Assembly (NCBI GenBank): GCA_044342325.1
Contig: JBIIPZ010000002.1
Location: 79,138 to 143,137, forward strand
From: Terrimicrobiaceae bacterium
GTDB lineage: Bacteria; Verrucomicrobiota; Verrucomicrobiia; Chthoniobacterales; Terrimicrobiaceae
Direction of reading: 5' to 3'
DNA: 64,000 nucleotides
This document shows positions 37,820-47,750 of the stretch, piece after piece. The notes under the pieces were generated by a model. The model did no database searches and was not told the DNA's origin. It saw only the letters and a program-made list of their open reading frames with translations. The stretch's first letter is position 1. Every line of letters starts with the position of its first letter. The position numbers and the translations under genes are program-made.

Positions 37820-38850
37820 GCAAAAAACACACACGCGAAGGCATCACTGCTGCTGGCACTTGGATCGTTGATTATACTAAAGTCGTTTCCCGTTTTCCCA
37901 AGGAAGGCGCCTGCACCTCCGTGCTTAGCGAGACGCTTGGCAATGGCGGCGCACCTTACAACCTCCTCGTCAACCTCTGCCGCCTCGGATTCACCGCTCC
38001 ACTGCGTGCGGTGGGATGGATCGGTCAGGACATCGACGGCGGCAGCATCGTGAAGGATTGCCGCGCCCATGGTATCGACTCCTCGAGGTTGCATGTGAGT
38101 CGCGAAATTCCCACCTCCTTCTCGGATGTCATGACCAATCGGGATACAGGCATACGAACAAGCTTCAACCACGCCGGGGCAAACGCCCTTCTCAAACCCG
38201 ACGACTTCGATCTGCAAAATGATAACAGCCGCATTTTGTATCTGGGCACGCTGTTCTTTCTTGCCGAACTGGACAAAAGCGACCCCAAGCACGGCACACG
38301 CGCCGCGGCAGTCCTCGCCGCCGCACGAAAACAAGGCATGCTCACTTGCATTGATATCGAAAGAACGGACATGGCGACGGATGCGTTTTTGGAAGGAGCC
38401 AAGGCCGCCCTCAAGCAGACCGATCTGCTTATTCTCAATGTCGAGGTGGCCGAGCGCCTCTCAGGCATTCGTCTCCGCTTCCCCGCCGGCGTCGATTTTT
38501 TTGCCATCAATCACGCCGCGCAGGCGTTGCAGGCAATCTCCGGAGGTCAATGCGTTGTCATTCGATTCCCGGCTGGAGCCCTCGCCATCACCGCCGATGG
38601 ATCAAAGCATGTGGAGGGCAGCGTGAATCTTCCAAAATCCCGCGTCGTCAACGCCGTCGGCGCCGGTCACGCCTTTGCCGCAGGATTTCTCCATGGATAC
38701 CATGACAGCCTCGATCTGTCCGCCTGCCTGAAAAACGGCCACGCCGCCGCTGCTGCCTGCCTCGCCGCCACCACATCCTCCAGCGGAATCCGAACCATGT
38801 CCTCCTGCCTCGACCTCTTCAAAAAATACGGCCAGCGCCAAGTGGGTTGA
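37816..38850 (+). CDS. PfkB/ribokinase-family protein with degenerate catalytic motifs
   Basis: GGAPYN, VG.IG.D..G, PTSFSDV; anion hole reads VGAGHAF rather than GAGD. Confidence 0.85.
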   Translation: MSKKHTREGITAAGTWIVDYTKVVSRFPKEGACTSVLSETLGNGGAPYNLLVNLCRLGFTAPLRAVGWIGQDIDGGSIVKDCRAHGIDSSRLHVSREIPTSFSDVMTNRDTGIRTSFNHAGANALLKPDDFDLQNDNSRILYLGTLFFLAELDKSDPKHGTRAAAVLAAARKQGMLTCIDIERTDMATDAFLEGAKAALKQTDLLILNVEVAERLSGIRLRFPAGVDFFAINHAAQALQAISGGQCVVIRFPAGALAITADGSKHVEGSVNLPKSRVVNAVGAGHAFAAGFLHGYHDSLDLSACLKNGHAAAAACLAATTSSSGIRTMSSCLDLFKKYGQRQVG

Positions 38851-39200
38851 GGCTCAAAAGCTCCATTTCATCCTCACTTGGAAAGCCACTTCTTGAATGC
38901 CTTGAGCAGCGTGTCTCCCAGGCTGGGCTCGATCGGAGGAGGTCCTGTGAGCGTGCTGACGCTCAGGTGCTGAACGCGACGGAGTTCATCGAGTCGGAGA
39001 TCGAAGACCAAGGGGACAATATCCTCCAAGTCGAATTCGCAGTCGGGTGCATCGGAGACAAATTCGCCCCGCTCGTTTTGAATCCCTCTCCGGAGCGCCT
39101 CCTGGCAGCAAAAAGAGATGGGGATCCGCTACGATTCGATTTTTCCCTGTGTGGTTAAAAATCTGTGAATTCCCCCAATTTTGCCTAAAAAAATTTGTTT

Positions 39201-40406
39201 ATGCAGCGGCTTGTCATCATTGGCGGGGGGATCATCGGCTTGGCTACCGCGCTCAAAGCCGCCCGGCACAAGGTCGCGCGGGAGGTTGTTTTATTGGAGA
39301 AGGATTCCTCTACTGGCGGCCACCAGAGCAGTCACAACTCCGGAGTCCTGCATTGCGGGCTCTACTACAAGCCTGGCTCGCTCAAGGCGAAACTGGCTGT
39401 GGAGGGCATTCGGGAAATGGTGGCATTTTGTGGCGAGCATCGGATTCCGTATGATATTTGTGGGAAGATCGTGCTGGCGGTCGACGAGTCCGAGGTCGTG
39501 CGATTGCGCGAACTGGAGGCGCGTGGGAGGGCCAATGGACTGCGCGGCTTGCAGTGGCTCGAGGGCGCAGCGATCCGGGAGATCGAACCCCACGCGGCAG
39601 GACTCGCCGCTCTGCGCGTGCCGGAGGAGGGCATTGTCGACTACGCGGCTGTGATGCGAAAGATGGCGGAATTGATTCTCGCCGCCGGACACCAGATCCG
39701 CACAAACGCCCCCGCGCTTGGCATTCGGACAAGCGGTGGACGGCAAATCGTCAGCACCCCGCAGGAGGACATCGAGGCCGACTTCGTCATCAACTGCGCC
39801 GGTCTCCATTGCGACCGCGTGGCCAGGTCCGCCGGTCTGCGACCCGAGTCCCGCATCATTCCCTTTCGCGGCGATTATTGGAAATTGGCACCCGCCGGCT
39901 CGCACCTCGTCAGGCATTTGATTTATCCCGTTCCCGATCCCACGCTGCCGTTCCTCGGCGTGCACTTCACGCGCATGATCGGTGGCGGCATCGAAGCCGG
40001 GCCAAATGCCGTGCTTGCCTTCAAGCGCGAGGGCTACCGTAGCACGGACATCTCCCTTCGCGATTCGTGGGAAACCTTTACTTTTCCCGGCCTCTACCTG
40101 TTTCTGAAAAAATATCCCGGCACCACATGGAGCGAGTTGAGAAATTCCTTCAGCAAAAAAGTCTTCCTGAAAAACCTCCAGCGCCTCATCCCCGAAATCC
40201 GCATGGAGCACATCTCCCGCGAAGGCGGCAGCGGCGTGCGCGCCCAAGCCATCCACCACGACGGCTCCCTCCTCATGGATTTCGCCCTCGAGCAAAAGCC
40301 TGGCCAGATTCACCTCCTTAACGCCCCATCTCCTGGAGCCACGGCCTCCCTCGCCATAGCAACCCACCTTCTCGCCCAAATTCCGAAAGCGGCAACCGAC
40401 AAGTAA
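39201..40406 (+). CDS. lhgO: L-2-hydroxyglutarate oxidase-like FAD oxidoreductase
   Basis: GGGIIG, HNSGVLHCGLYY.PGSLKA, IYPVPDP..PFLGVH, SGVRAQA, NAPSPGATAS. Confidence 0.9.
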   Translation: MQRLVIIGGGIIGLATALKAARHKVAREVVLLEKDSSTGGHQSSHNSGVLHCGLYYKPGSLKAKLAVEGIREMVAFCGEHRIPYDICGKIVLAVDESEVVRLRELEARGRANGLRGLQWLEGAAIREIEPHAAGLAALRVPEEGIVDYAAVMRKMAELILAAGHQIRTNAPALGIRTSGGRQIVSTPQEDIEADFVINCAGLHCDRVARSAGLRPESRIIPFRGDYWKLAPAGSHLVRHLIYPVPDPTLPFLGVHFTRMIGGGIEAGPNAVLAFKREGYRSTDISLRDSWETFTFPGLYLFLKKYPGTTWSELRNSFSKKVFLKNLQRLIPEIRMEHISREGGSGVRAQAIHHDGSLLMDFALEQKPGQIHLLNAPSPGATASLAIATHLLAQIPKAATDK

Positions 40407-40436
40407 CCGGCAGCCGATTCATAAAAATTTTACCCT

Positions 40437-43208
40437 GTGCCCGAAACGATTTTTTTAAGAAAACAGACTGCGCTGGCTTCTCAGGTGGCGGAGGTTTTAC
40501 TCAAAGACGAGGGTGGAGATTTGAGCCGAGTCGAGGTGTGGATTCCGACGGCGGGGGCGGGGCGCAGGATTCGGCGGGCTTTGGCTGAGAAGGGTGTGCT
40601 TTCGCCGCGTTTCAGGCAGCCGATGCGGGCGCTTTTGCCAGATGGTGTGCGGATCGCAGAGACGTTTGAGCGAGAAGGGGCTTGGGCAAAGGCGCTCAAG
40701 GAAGTCAGTAGGGCATTTTTGGAACCGCTTTTTTCAGATGCTAAGTTGGATACGGATGCTGCTCGCCTCAAAAGCGGCGGCGTGTTGTGCGATCTCTGCG
40801 ATTTGCTAGCAGAGGCAGGTTGGCGCCCTTTGGATGCCCATGTAGGTAAAGTGTGCGGCGAGGATGGAGCGCGATGGGAGGTGCTCGGTCGAGTTTACCA
40901 GTGTTATCTCGCTGTTTTAATGGATCATGGCCTGACAGATCCCAACGAGGCCAGATTCGAGCAAATGGCGACTCCCTCTCAAGCGGTTGGGATCGGTCGA
41001 TTGGTCATCGCTTGCGTTCCTGATTTGCCGTTGGCCGCGCAGCGTTATGCCGAAGCATTGGAAAAGGTCGGCGTTAAGGTTGAGGTTCTCGTGTGGTTGC
41101 CAGGGGAGTTGAGTGGAGGCTTCGATGCCTGGGGTCGGCCTGATTCGAAGGAATGGGCAGGATGCCAAGTGATCGTAGATTCCAGGAAGATTGCCGTTGC
41201 GCGTTCGCCAGAGGATGAGGCGCGCCAGGCTCTGGACTTTGCTGTCTCCTCAAAAACGCCGGGCGACTATGCGGTGGTTTTGGCTGATGCAAAGCTTGGA
41301 AGCACTTTTCGCAGCGAGGTGGAAAGGCGCGGAGGCAACGCATTCTTGCCAGATGGAGGCCGCTTGGATCTCACTGAAGCGGGAGTGATCGCCCTGGAAT
41401 GGGCGCGTTTTCAGTCATCCGGCGATTTGCGTGTTTTGCGGAGGTTGATCGAGTTGCCACGCTTCAGTCGTGTGTTGCGAGGCGATTCAGATCTGAAAAC
41501 CGACGAGGCCTTGGCGGCTTGCGATTTTCTGATCGGTGAGGCGGTTCTTTCCGATCTGTCCCAAGCAGAAGCCTTCGTCGATGTGACCTTCGATCCGGAA
41601 AAAGATAAATCCCAACGCCGTGCACAGTCGCGGATTGTTATTAGGCTGGTGAAATCGCTTTTACCTGAGTCCGCTTCCGACATTCTCGCGAAGGCTTGGA
41701 GATCAGGCGGCGAGGGGCTCGAAACCGCTCGAAATGTGGCGAGTTTACACAGGGCCATTGTCATGTCCCCACTCTGTAGCGATGGCGAAGCCTGTATCGA
41801 AACCGCATTTGCCCGGGCTTTGAAATCCGAGCCTGTCTTTGATTCCTCCCAATCTGGGGATGTTGAGTTGTCGGGTTGGCTCGAAGCGCCCTGGATTGCG
41901 GCGGGGCGTCTGGCTTTATGCGGGTGCGTCGAGGGTTCTTTGCCATCCTCGGTTAATGGTCATCCATTTCTTCCGGATTCCAAACGCCGCGCGCTTGGCT
42001 TGGCAGATAACGCCTCCCGATTTGCCCGCGATGCCTACCTTTTTCAATGCTTGTTGCTCTCGCGACCTGCAGAGGAATTCCTAAGTTCGTTCAGCCGCTT
42101 CGATGCTGAGGGGAGTCCGACCTTACCCTCCCGTCTCTTCCTGCGCTGCCGTGAAGAGGCATTGCCAGCGCGCGTGCTGGAGCTTTTTGGCGAAATACCT
42201 AGCGGCGGGACTCGCGCTCAGCGTCGAAACAATTGGAAATGGAGCCTGCCCGAAGACATGCGCCGCAAGGTTTCTAAAATGAGCCCGACGGATTTTTCGG
42301 AGTATCTTGCATGCCCTTTCCGCTATTACCTCAAAAAAGTCCTTTGGCTCGATGCTTTCATCCCGGATGCGCGCGAGATGGATGCGAGACGATTCGGGAC
42401 TTTGGTGCATGAGGCAGTCGAAAAGTTTGGGAGGGAAACGCCACACGAGGCTGATCCCGTTAAGATAGAGCGTCTGGTCCTGAGCCATCTCGATGAATCG
42501 GTTTACCGGCTTTTCGGTCCCTCACCGTCACCTGCCGTGCGTATCCAAGTGGAAGCCGCTATGCTGCGCTTGAAAGCATTCTCGCGCATTCAGTCGGAGG
42601 TGGTGGCCGAAGGGTGGCGAATCGTCTCCACCGAGCGCAAGCTCGAGGCCGTAGGCGAAAATCCTCTGCTCATTGGGCCACTGAGACTTTCCGGAAAAAT
42701 CGATCGCATAGAGCAAAATATCCTAACCGGTGCCTGGCGGGTGCTGGATTACAAAACCCATGCTAAGGCGATTCCCCCCTCAAAAAAGCATTTCGGGCCG
42801 AGACTATCCACCGAATGGTTGCCGCCAGCGTTGGTGGAATACCACGATGGCAGGAGGCAAAATACAAAGCGTTGGGCTGATCTGCAGCTCCCCCTCTATC
42901 GGAAGATTCTGCGTCATTGGCACGGAGCTGAAATTGGCGATATGCCCGTCTTCACAGCCTATTTCACGCTCTCTGCCGATCCGGCGGAAACGGCCGTGCA
43001 GGAATTTACTGAACTCAACGATGAGGTCATGGCTTCCGCGATGGATTGCGCGAAGGAGATCACCGAGCGTGTGCATAGGGGGCTCTTCTGGCCGCCTCAG
43101 CCTTTGAAAACTTCGTGGGATGATCCCTTCGAGCCACTCTTTCTCAATGGAAATCCCACCGCCTGCATCGCGCCGGAGACCATCGCTTTCTTGGAGGGTA
43201 ACCAATGA
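40437..43208 (+). CDS. addB: AddB-like PD-(D/E)XK nuclease subunit
   Basis: SPT...YLACPFRYY, GTLVH, GKIDRIE, VLDYKT, QLPLY; coupled to a UvrD helicase. Confidence 0.8.
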   Translation: MPETIFLRKQTALASQVAEVLLKDEGGDLSRVEVWIPTAGAGRRIRRALAEKGVLSPRFRQPMRALLPDGVRIAETFEREGAWAKALKEVSRAFLEPLFSDAKLDTDAARLKSGGVLCDLCDLLAEAGWRPLDAHVGKVCGEDGARWEVLGRVYQCYLAVLMDHGLTDPNEARFEQMATPSQAVGIGRLVIACVPDLPLAAQRYAEALEKVGVKVEVLVWLPGELSGGFDAWGRPDSKEWAGCQVIVDSRKIAVARSPEDEARQALDFAVSSKTPGDYAVVLADAKLGSTFRSEVERRGGNAFLPDGGRLDLTEAGVIALEWARFQSSGDLRVLRRLIELPRFSRVLRGDSDLKTDEALAACDFLIGEAVLSDLSQAEAFVDVTFDPEKDKSQRRAQSRIVIRLVKSLLPESASDILAKAWRSGGEGLETARNVASLHRAIVMSPLCSDGEACIETAFARALKSEPVFDSSQSGDVELSGWLEAPWIAAGRLALCGCVEGSLPSSVNGHPFLPDSKRRALGLADNASRFARDAYLFQCLLLSRPAEEFLSSFSRFDAEGSPTLPSRLFLRCREEALPARVLELFGEIPSGGTRAQRRNNWKWSLPEDMRRKVSKMSPTDFSEYLACPFRYYLKKVLWLDAFIPDAREMDARRFGTLVHEAVEKFGRETPHEADPVKIERLVLSHLDESVYRLFGPSPSPAVRIQVEAAMLRLKAFSRIQSEVVAEGWRIVSTERKLEAVGENPLLIGPLRLSGKIDRIEQNILTGAWRVLDYKTHAKAIPPSKKHFGPRLSTEWLPPALVEYHDGRRQNTKRWADLQLPLYRKILRHWHGAEIGDMPVFTAYFTLSADPAETAVQEFTELNDEVMASAMDCAKEITERVHRGLFWPPQPLKTSWDDPFEPLFLNGNPTACIAPETIAFLEGNQ

Positions 43209-46200
43209 GAAACGAACGACTGATCGCCAATGCCGGGAGCGGTAAGACCTATGCGCTCACCACGCGCATGATCCAGCTCCTCGCCCAAAATGTGGAGCCA
43301 CGCAAAATCGCAGCGCTCACATTTACCCGCAAATCTGCCGGGGAATTTCTCTCAGGCGTCTTTGAGCGCCTTGCCAAGGCTGCCTTGGAGCCGGACAAAC
43401 TCGCCGAACTCCAGGCCAAGGAATATCTTCAATATATCGATGCAGCTCAGTGTCGCGCCATGCTGGCCAAGCTTGCCCTGCAACTCGGCAGTCTCGGTAT
43501 GGGGACTATAGATAGCCTCTTCGCCCGTATCGCCCGCGCCTTTCCTCTCGAGTCTGGCCTTGCCGAAGACTTTTCCATGGCGGGAGAGGCCGAGGTTCAA
43601 GCCGCTCGTGAGAGAACGCTGGCCGCCCTCTTCGCGACGGAGTCATCCGCCTCACTCTCTAGTTTTATTGACCTCCTCCGACGCATCAGCCGCGCTCACG
43701 GCGAGAGGAATGTCTTTGAAAATCTCCTGCGCGAAACAAAAAACCTCCACGGAAAATTCCTCGCCACGCCACAGGATGTGGCATGGGGTGATATCGATGG
43801 AATCTGGGGGGCGGAAGGATGTGCGATACTGAATGCTGGAGCGGTTTCCTCAGCTGCTGATGTTTTTCTTGATGCGGTTCTGCAAACGCACGAGGACTTC
43901 TCAGACGAGGCGGAAAATATTCTTCGGAGTAATTTGAATTCTTTGCGCAGCCTTGATGCAGGGGGCAAATGGACCAATGACATTTCAAAATTCATCAAGG
44001 ATCGCCTCTGCGCGGAGCCAACATCTGGAACCCTGCGGATCACGCCCAAAAAAGAAGGCTGGTTGAATCTCAATACGCGGGTCAGGGCCGCCCGACTGGA
44101 TCTTCTCCATGCCGCTCTCAAGCCCGAATTCGAAGCCGTGCTCCAGCGCAGTCGCTCTCTCCACGCTTTCATGCGAAAATTCGAGACCTCCTACGCAGCG
44201 CTGGTCCGCTCGGCGGGATTGGTCACTTTCAGCGATATTACGGATTCGCTGGCTCAGAAGGCTGATGATATCTCTTGGCGCACATCTGCCGGTTATCGCA
44301 TTGACCAGACATTCGAGCACTGGCTCCTTGACGAGTTTCAGGACACCAGCCGTCCACAGTGGAAAATTCTCAAAACCTTCATCGATGAGGTGTTCATGGA
44401 TCCAGAAGCCCAGCGCAGCTTTTTCTATGTGGGCGACACCAAACAGGCGATTTACTCATGGCGTGGAGGAGATCCGGATTTGTTTTTTGAGATCTTCGAT
44501 GAAATTAACGAAAACGCTCCAATCATTCAGATTGCTGATCCTCTCAGCGAATCCTGGCGCTCTTGCCAGCCGATTCTGGATTTTGTGAACAAGGTTTTCG
44601 GTGACCTTGCGCCCATCAAAGGCCCCCTTGAAATTCCTCATGCCGCCGCTGAAAAGTGGGCTAAAGCCTGGTCGGAACATGTCACCTCGCCAAGAACCTC
44701 CAAAATCAAAGGCTACGCAGAGTGGATACCTGTTCGGAAAAGCGACGAGAGCAATGAAGAAGAGGGTGAAGCGCCCGACCAAAGGATTCTCGAAATCCTG
44801 CAATCCACCAGGGCCTGGGAGCGAGGGCTCTCCTGCGCTGTTCTCAAACGCGACAACAACGGCGTTGAGGCACTGGCCGCGCTCCTGCAGTCCAAAGGAA
44901 TCCCTGTGGCAGTCGAGGGTAAAACAAACCCCTGCATGGACAATCCGCTGGGAGCCGCGATCATGGCAGCTCTCCGCTTATGTGCCTCTCCGGACGATGC
45001 CCTTGCGGCCTCATTTGTGCGCGGATTTCCGGCCACAGAGGCATGGGGGGTGGGTGATATTTGGAAATTCCGCAACCAAACTTTAGCCCGTCTGGCGCAA
45101 TCGGGATTCGCCGCGACGATTCGCCAGTGGATCGAGGCGTCTGGTCTCCAAGCCGAGCCGTTTTTACAGGAACGCGCCGACGCTTTCTTGTTGGCTGCTG
45201 AAGAATTCGATGCCTGCCGCAAATCGTCGGATGGAATTCTGAATTTTCTGAACTTTATCGAAAAGCGACAGACCCAGGAAAATGAAGCTTCAGATGTTGT
45301 TCGTGTGATGACCGTTCACCAATCTAAGGGTCTTGGTTTCGACATGGTCATCGCCAGCGGACTTGATAAAAAAGGTGGCGCGAATGATGGATCCCATCTC
45401 GCCCTTGGTCCTACTGCCAAGGAAGTGAAATGGGGAGTTCTTATGCCCGCAAAAGATTTTGCCGAGCAGGATAATGAGCTTCGCAAGCAGGTTGAAATCC
45501 AAGACGCTGATGACAAATACAGTGAGATTTGCACCGCCTATGTGGCACTGACCCGAGCCAAAAAAGCCCTCTATGTTGTGACAACCGAGTTGGCGGAAAA
45601 GACAACATCCAAGAATTTCGCTCGCCATCTCGCTCTTCAATTCGGCGCCTCATCAGCACAATTCGGCGATGCCAATTGGTTCGAGGCTTATGCAATAAAA
45701 AAAACCGTCTCAACAGGCGCAGTCCTGCCGCTTGCCTTTCACGCTCCACTCGAGGGAACTCCCAAGCCGACCTCGCCTTCCTCTTTCAAATCCCAATCCG
45801 CGCCGGGGGCGGGCTTTTCAGGGCTTTCCCTCGATGCGGTGGAACTTGGAATCGAGGTTCACAAGGTCCTTGCCGACATCGAGTGGATGAACTCATCCGT
45901 TCCGCAGAGCGGAGATCTGTCGCACGAAGCTGCCGGACTCTTGCATGGCTTTCTTAAAAAACCAATTGCTCGGGAGGTATTCTCCAAACCGACAGGATGC
46001 TTCGACCTCTGGCGCGAAAAGGCGTTCGATCTGATGATTGATGGCGAGTGGGTGAGCGGCATCTTTGACCGTGTCGTCATTCATTGTTCACCAGAAGGTC
46101 AACCCGTCTCGGCAACGATTTACGACTTCAAAACCGACCATGGCACCGACACAGAGATCGAGGAACGCTACATCGGCCAAATGGCAATCTATCGGCAAGC

Positions 46201-46267
46201 AGTTTGTAAATTGCTCGCAATCCCGAGCGAAAGCGTAACTACGAAAATCGTCCGCCTCCGTGGTTGA
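43205..46267 (+). CDS. addA: AddA-like UvrD helicase-nuclease
   Basis: AGSGKT, TFTRK, DEFQDT, GDTKQAIYSWRG, MTVHQSKGL, YVALTRA; C-terminal FDR..DFKT..Q..Y nuclease. Confidence 0.87.
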   Translation: MRNERLIANAGSGKTYALTTRMIQLLAQNVEPRKIAALTFTRKSAGEFLSGVFERLAKAALEPDKLAELQAKEYLQYIDAAQCRAMLAKLALQLGSLGMGTIDSLFARIARAFPLESGLAEDFSMAGEAEVQAARERTLAALFATESSASLSSFIDLLRRISRAHGERNVFENLLRETKNLHGKFLATPQDVAWGDIDGIWGAEGCAILNAGAVSSAADVFLDAVLQTHEDFSDEAENILRSNLNSLRSLDAGGKWTNDISKFIKDRLCAEPTSGTLRITPKKEGWLNLNTRVRAARLDLLHAALKPEFEAVLQRSRSLHAFMRKFETSYAALVRSAGLVTFSDITDSLAQKADDISWRTSAGYRIDQTFEHWLLDEFQDTSRPQWKILKTFIDEVFMDPEAQRSFFYVGDTKQAIYSWRGGDPDLFFEIFDEINENAPIIQIADPLSESWRSCQPILDFVNKVFGDLAPIKGPLEIPHAAAEKWAKAWSEHVTSPRTSKIKGYAEWIPVRKSDESNEEEGEAPDQRILEILQSTRAWERGLSCAVLKRDNNGVEALAALLQSKGIPVAVEGKTNPCMDNPLGAAIMAALRLCASPDDALAASFVRGFPATEAWGVGDIWKFRNQTLARLAQSGFAATIRQWIEASGLQAEPFLQERADAFLLAAEEFDACRKSSDGILNFLNFIEKRQTQENEASDVVRVMTVHQSKGLGFDMVIASGLDKKGGANDGSHLALGPTAKEVKWGVLMPAKDFAEQDNELRKQVEIQDADDKYSEICTAYVALTRAKKALYVVTTELAEKTTSKNFARHLALQFGASSAQFGDANWFEAYAIKKTVSTGAVLPLAFHAPLEGTPKPTSPSSFKSQSAPGAGFSGLSLDAVELGIEVHKVLADIEWMNSSVPQSGDLSHEAAGLLHGFLKKPIAREVFSKPTGCFDLWREKAFDLMIDGEWVSGIFDRVVIHCSPEGQPVSATIYDFKTDHGTDTEIEERYIGQMAIYRQAVCKLLAIPSESVTTKIVRLRG

Positions 46268-46349
46268 AATCATCAGCCGGCTAATGAGTCATCAGCAGAA
46301 TTGTGCTCTTGGCTTGAGGCGTTGAGTGTATTGCGTCAGATTCGGGCCA

Positions 46350-47351
46350 ATGAAAAAATCCGGGTGTCTCGTGGCGTTTCTGCTCGTGGCGGTTTGTGCG
46401 AGCATGTTTGTGAATTTGCTTTTGCTGGCTTTGATTGGAACCAGAGGAGCAGCGGCGATGGCGGGGGTGAAGGTTCTTCCTCAGAAGGAATATGAGGAGG
46501 AGGTGCTTTCCGAGGGTTCGGAGTCGCATTCCAAGGTTGCCGTCATTCCGCTGGATGGGGTGATCGGCTTTGGCATGAGTGGAAGCCTAGGGGATTCGAT
46601 GGTCGAGGATTTCAAGGCCGCATTGGAGCAGGCTGCGGCGGATCATCATGTGAAGGCTGTCATCGTTGAAATGGACTCGCCCGGTGGTGAGATCACGGCG
46701 TCGGATGTCCTCTACGATGCGTTGCGGAATTTTCCTGAAGAGAAGCCGGTGATTGCTTATTTCAATTCGATCGGGGCCTCGGGGGCATATTACACGGCCT
46801 GTGGAGCGGATTGGATCATGTGCAACGACACGACTTTCACCGGCAGCATTGGCGTCATTATTTCAACTCTCAACTACCGTGATCTCTTCGGAAAAATCGG
46901 CCTCGAGTCGGTGGTTTTCAAAAGCGGAAAGTTCAAGGATATGCTCAACGGTGCTCGTGAGATGAGCAAAGAGGAGAAGGAGTATGTGCAGGGGCTCGTC
47001 ATGCAAAGCTATGAGCGATTCCTCGGCATCGTCGCCTCCGCGCGCAAGCTGGATGCCGCCACGCTGCGAAATGGTCCTGCCGATGGGCGCATTCTCAGCG
47101 GCACGGATGCCTATGCCGCAAAGTTGGTGGATGAGTTAGGCTACATCGAAGACGCCTACGAAAAGGCCCGCACGCTCGGCAAGGCTCCTGGCGCCGAGGT
47201 AGTCCGTTATGTGCGGACCTACAGTTTCGACCGCTTCCTGCGGCTGTTTGGCGAGTCTGCATCGGCAAAGGTCGAGATCGGCCTGCCGGGCAAAAAATAC
47301 GCCCTTGAGCCCGGTCGCATCTACTTGCTGCCTCCATTCTTCGCGCCCTGA
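46350..47351 (+). CDS. sppA: Signal peptide peptidase SppA (S49)
   Basis: DSPGG, ASGAYY, GSIGV, KSGKFKD, DGRI. Confidence 0.9.
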   Translation: MKKSGCLVAFLLVAVCASMFVNLLLLALIGTRGAAAMAGVKVLPQKEYEEEVLSEGSESHSKVAVIPLDGVIGFGMSGSLGDSMVEDFKAALEQAAADHHVKAVIVEMDSPGGEITASDVLYDALRNFPEEKPVIAYFNSIGASGAYYTACGADWIMCNDTTFTGSIGVIISTLNYRDLFGKIGLESVVFKSGKFKDMLNGAREMSKEEKEYVQGLVMQSYERFLGIVASARKLDAATLRNGPADGRILSGTDAYAAKLVDELGYIEDAYEKARTLGKAPGAEVVRYVRTYSFDRFLRLFGESASAKVEIGLPGKKYALEPGRIYLLPPFFAP

Positions 47352-47364
47352 GGAGGGACGACTC

Positions 47365-47739
47365 GTGAAAAAAACGCGTATCGATACATCTGGGCAGCAG
47401 GGGGCGTTGCAATCGCCCTTCGCCGCATTGCAAATGGAAGGGCTCCCCGAGGCGCCGCCGCAACCTGAGCCAGAAACGATCGTCTCCGCGCCAACAAAAA
47501 TGGGTCGCGTCGTTCTGCGTCGCGAGAAGGCCCAGAGAGGTGGAAAAACGGTCGTGGTGGTATCGGACTTCGAAGCCCGCATTTCAGAAGCCGAAATTGA
47601 GGACCTTGGCCGCAAGGCACGCCAAGCCTGTGGATGCGGAGGCACAGTGCGCGGACGCGAGATTGAACTTCAAGGCGACAACGCACCCAAAGTTCGAGCC
47701 TTTTTCGAATCCACCGGATTCCGCGTCGCTGGTGTCTAA
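47365..47739 (+). CDS. yciH: SUI1/YciH translation initiation factor
   Basis: RREKAQRGGKTV, CGCGGTV, IELQGD; GTG start after AGGAGG. Confidence 0.85.
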   Translation: MKKTRIDTSGQQGALQSPFAALQMEGLPEAPPQPEPETIVSAPTKMGRVVLRREKAQRGGKTVVVVSDFEARISEAEIEDLGRKARQACGCGGTVRGREIELQGDNAPKVRAFFESTGFRVAGV

Positions 47740-47750
47740 GCGGCGCGGGG

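Noticed and set aside
38847..39158. 103-aa + strand ORF as a real gene
   Set aside because: No motif; it is the codon-aligned antisense of a more protein-like minus-strand frame
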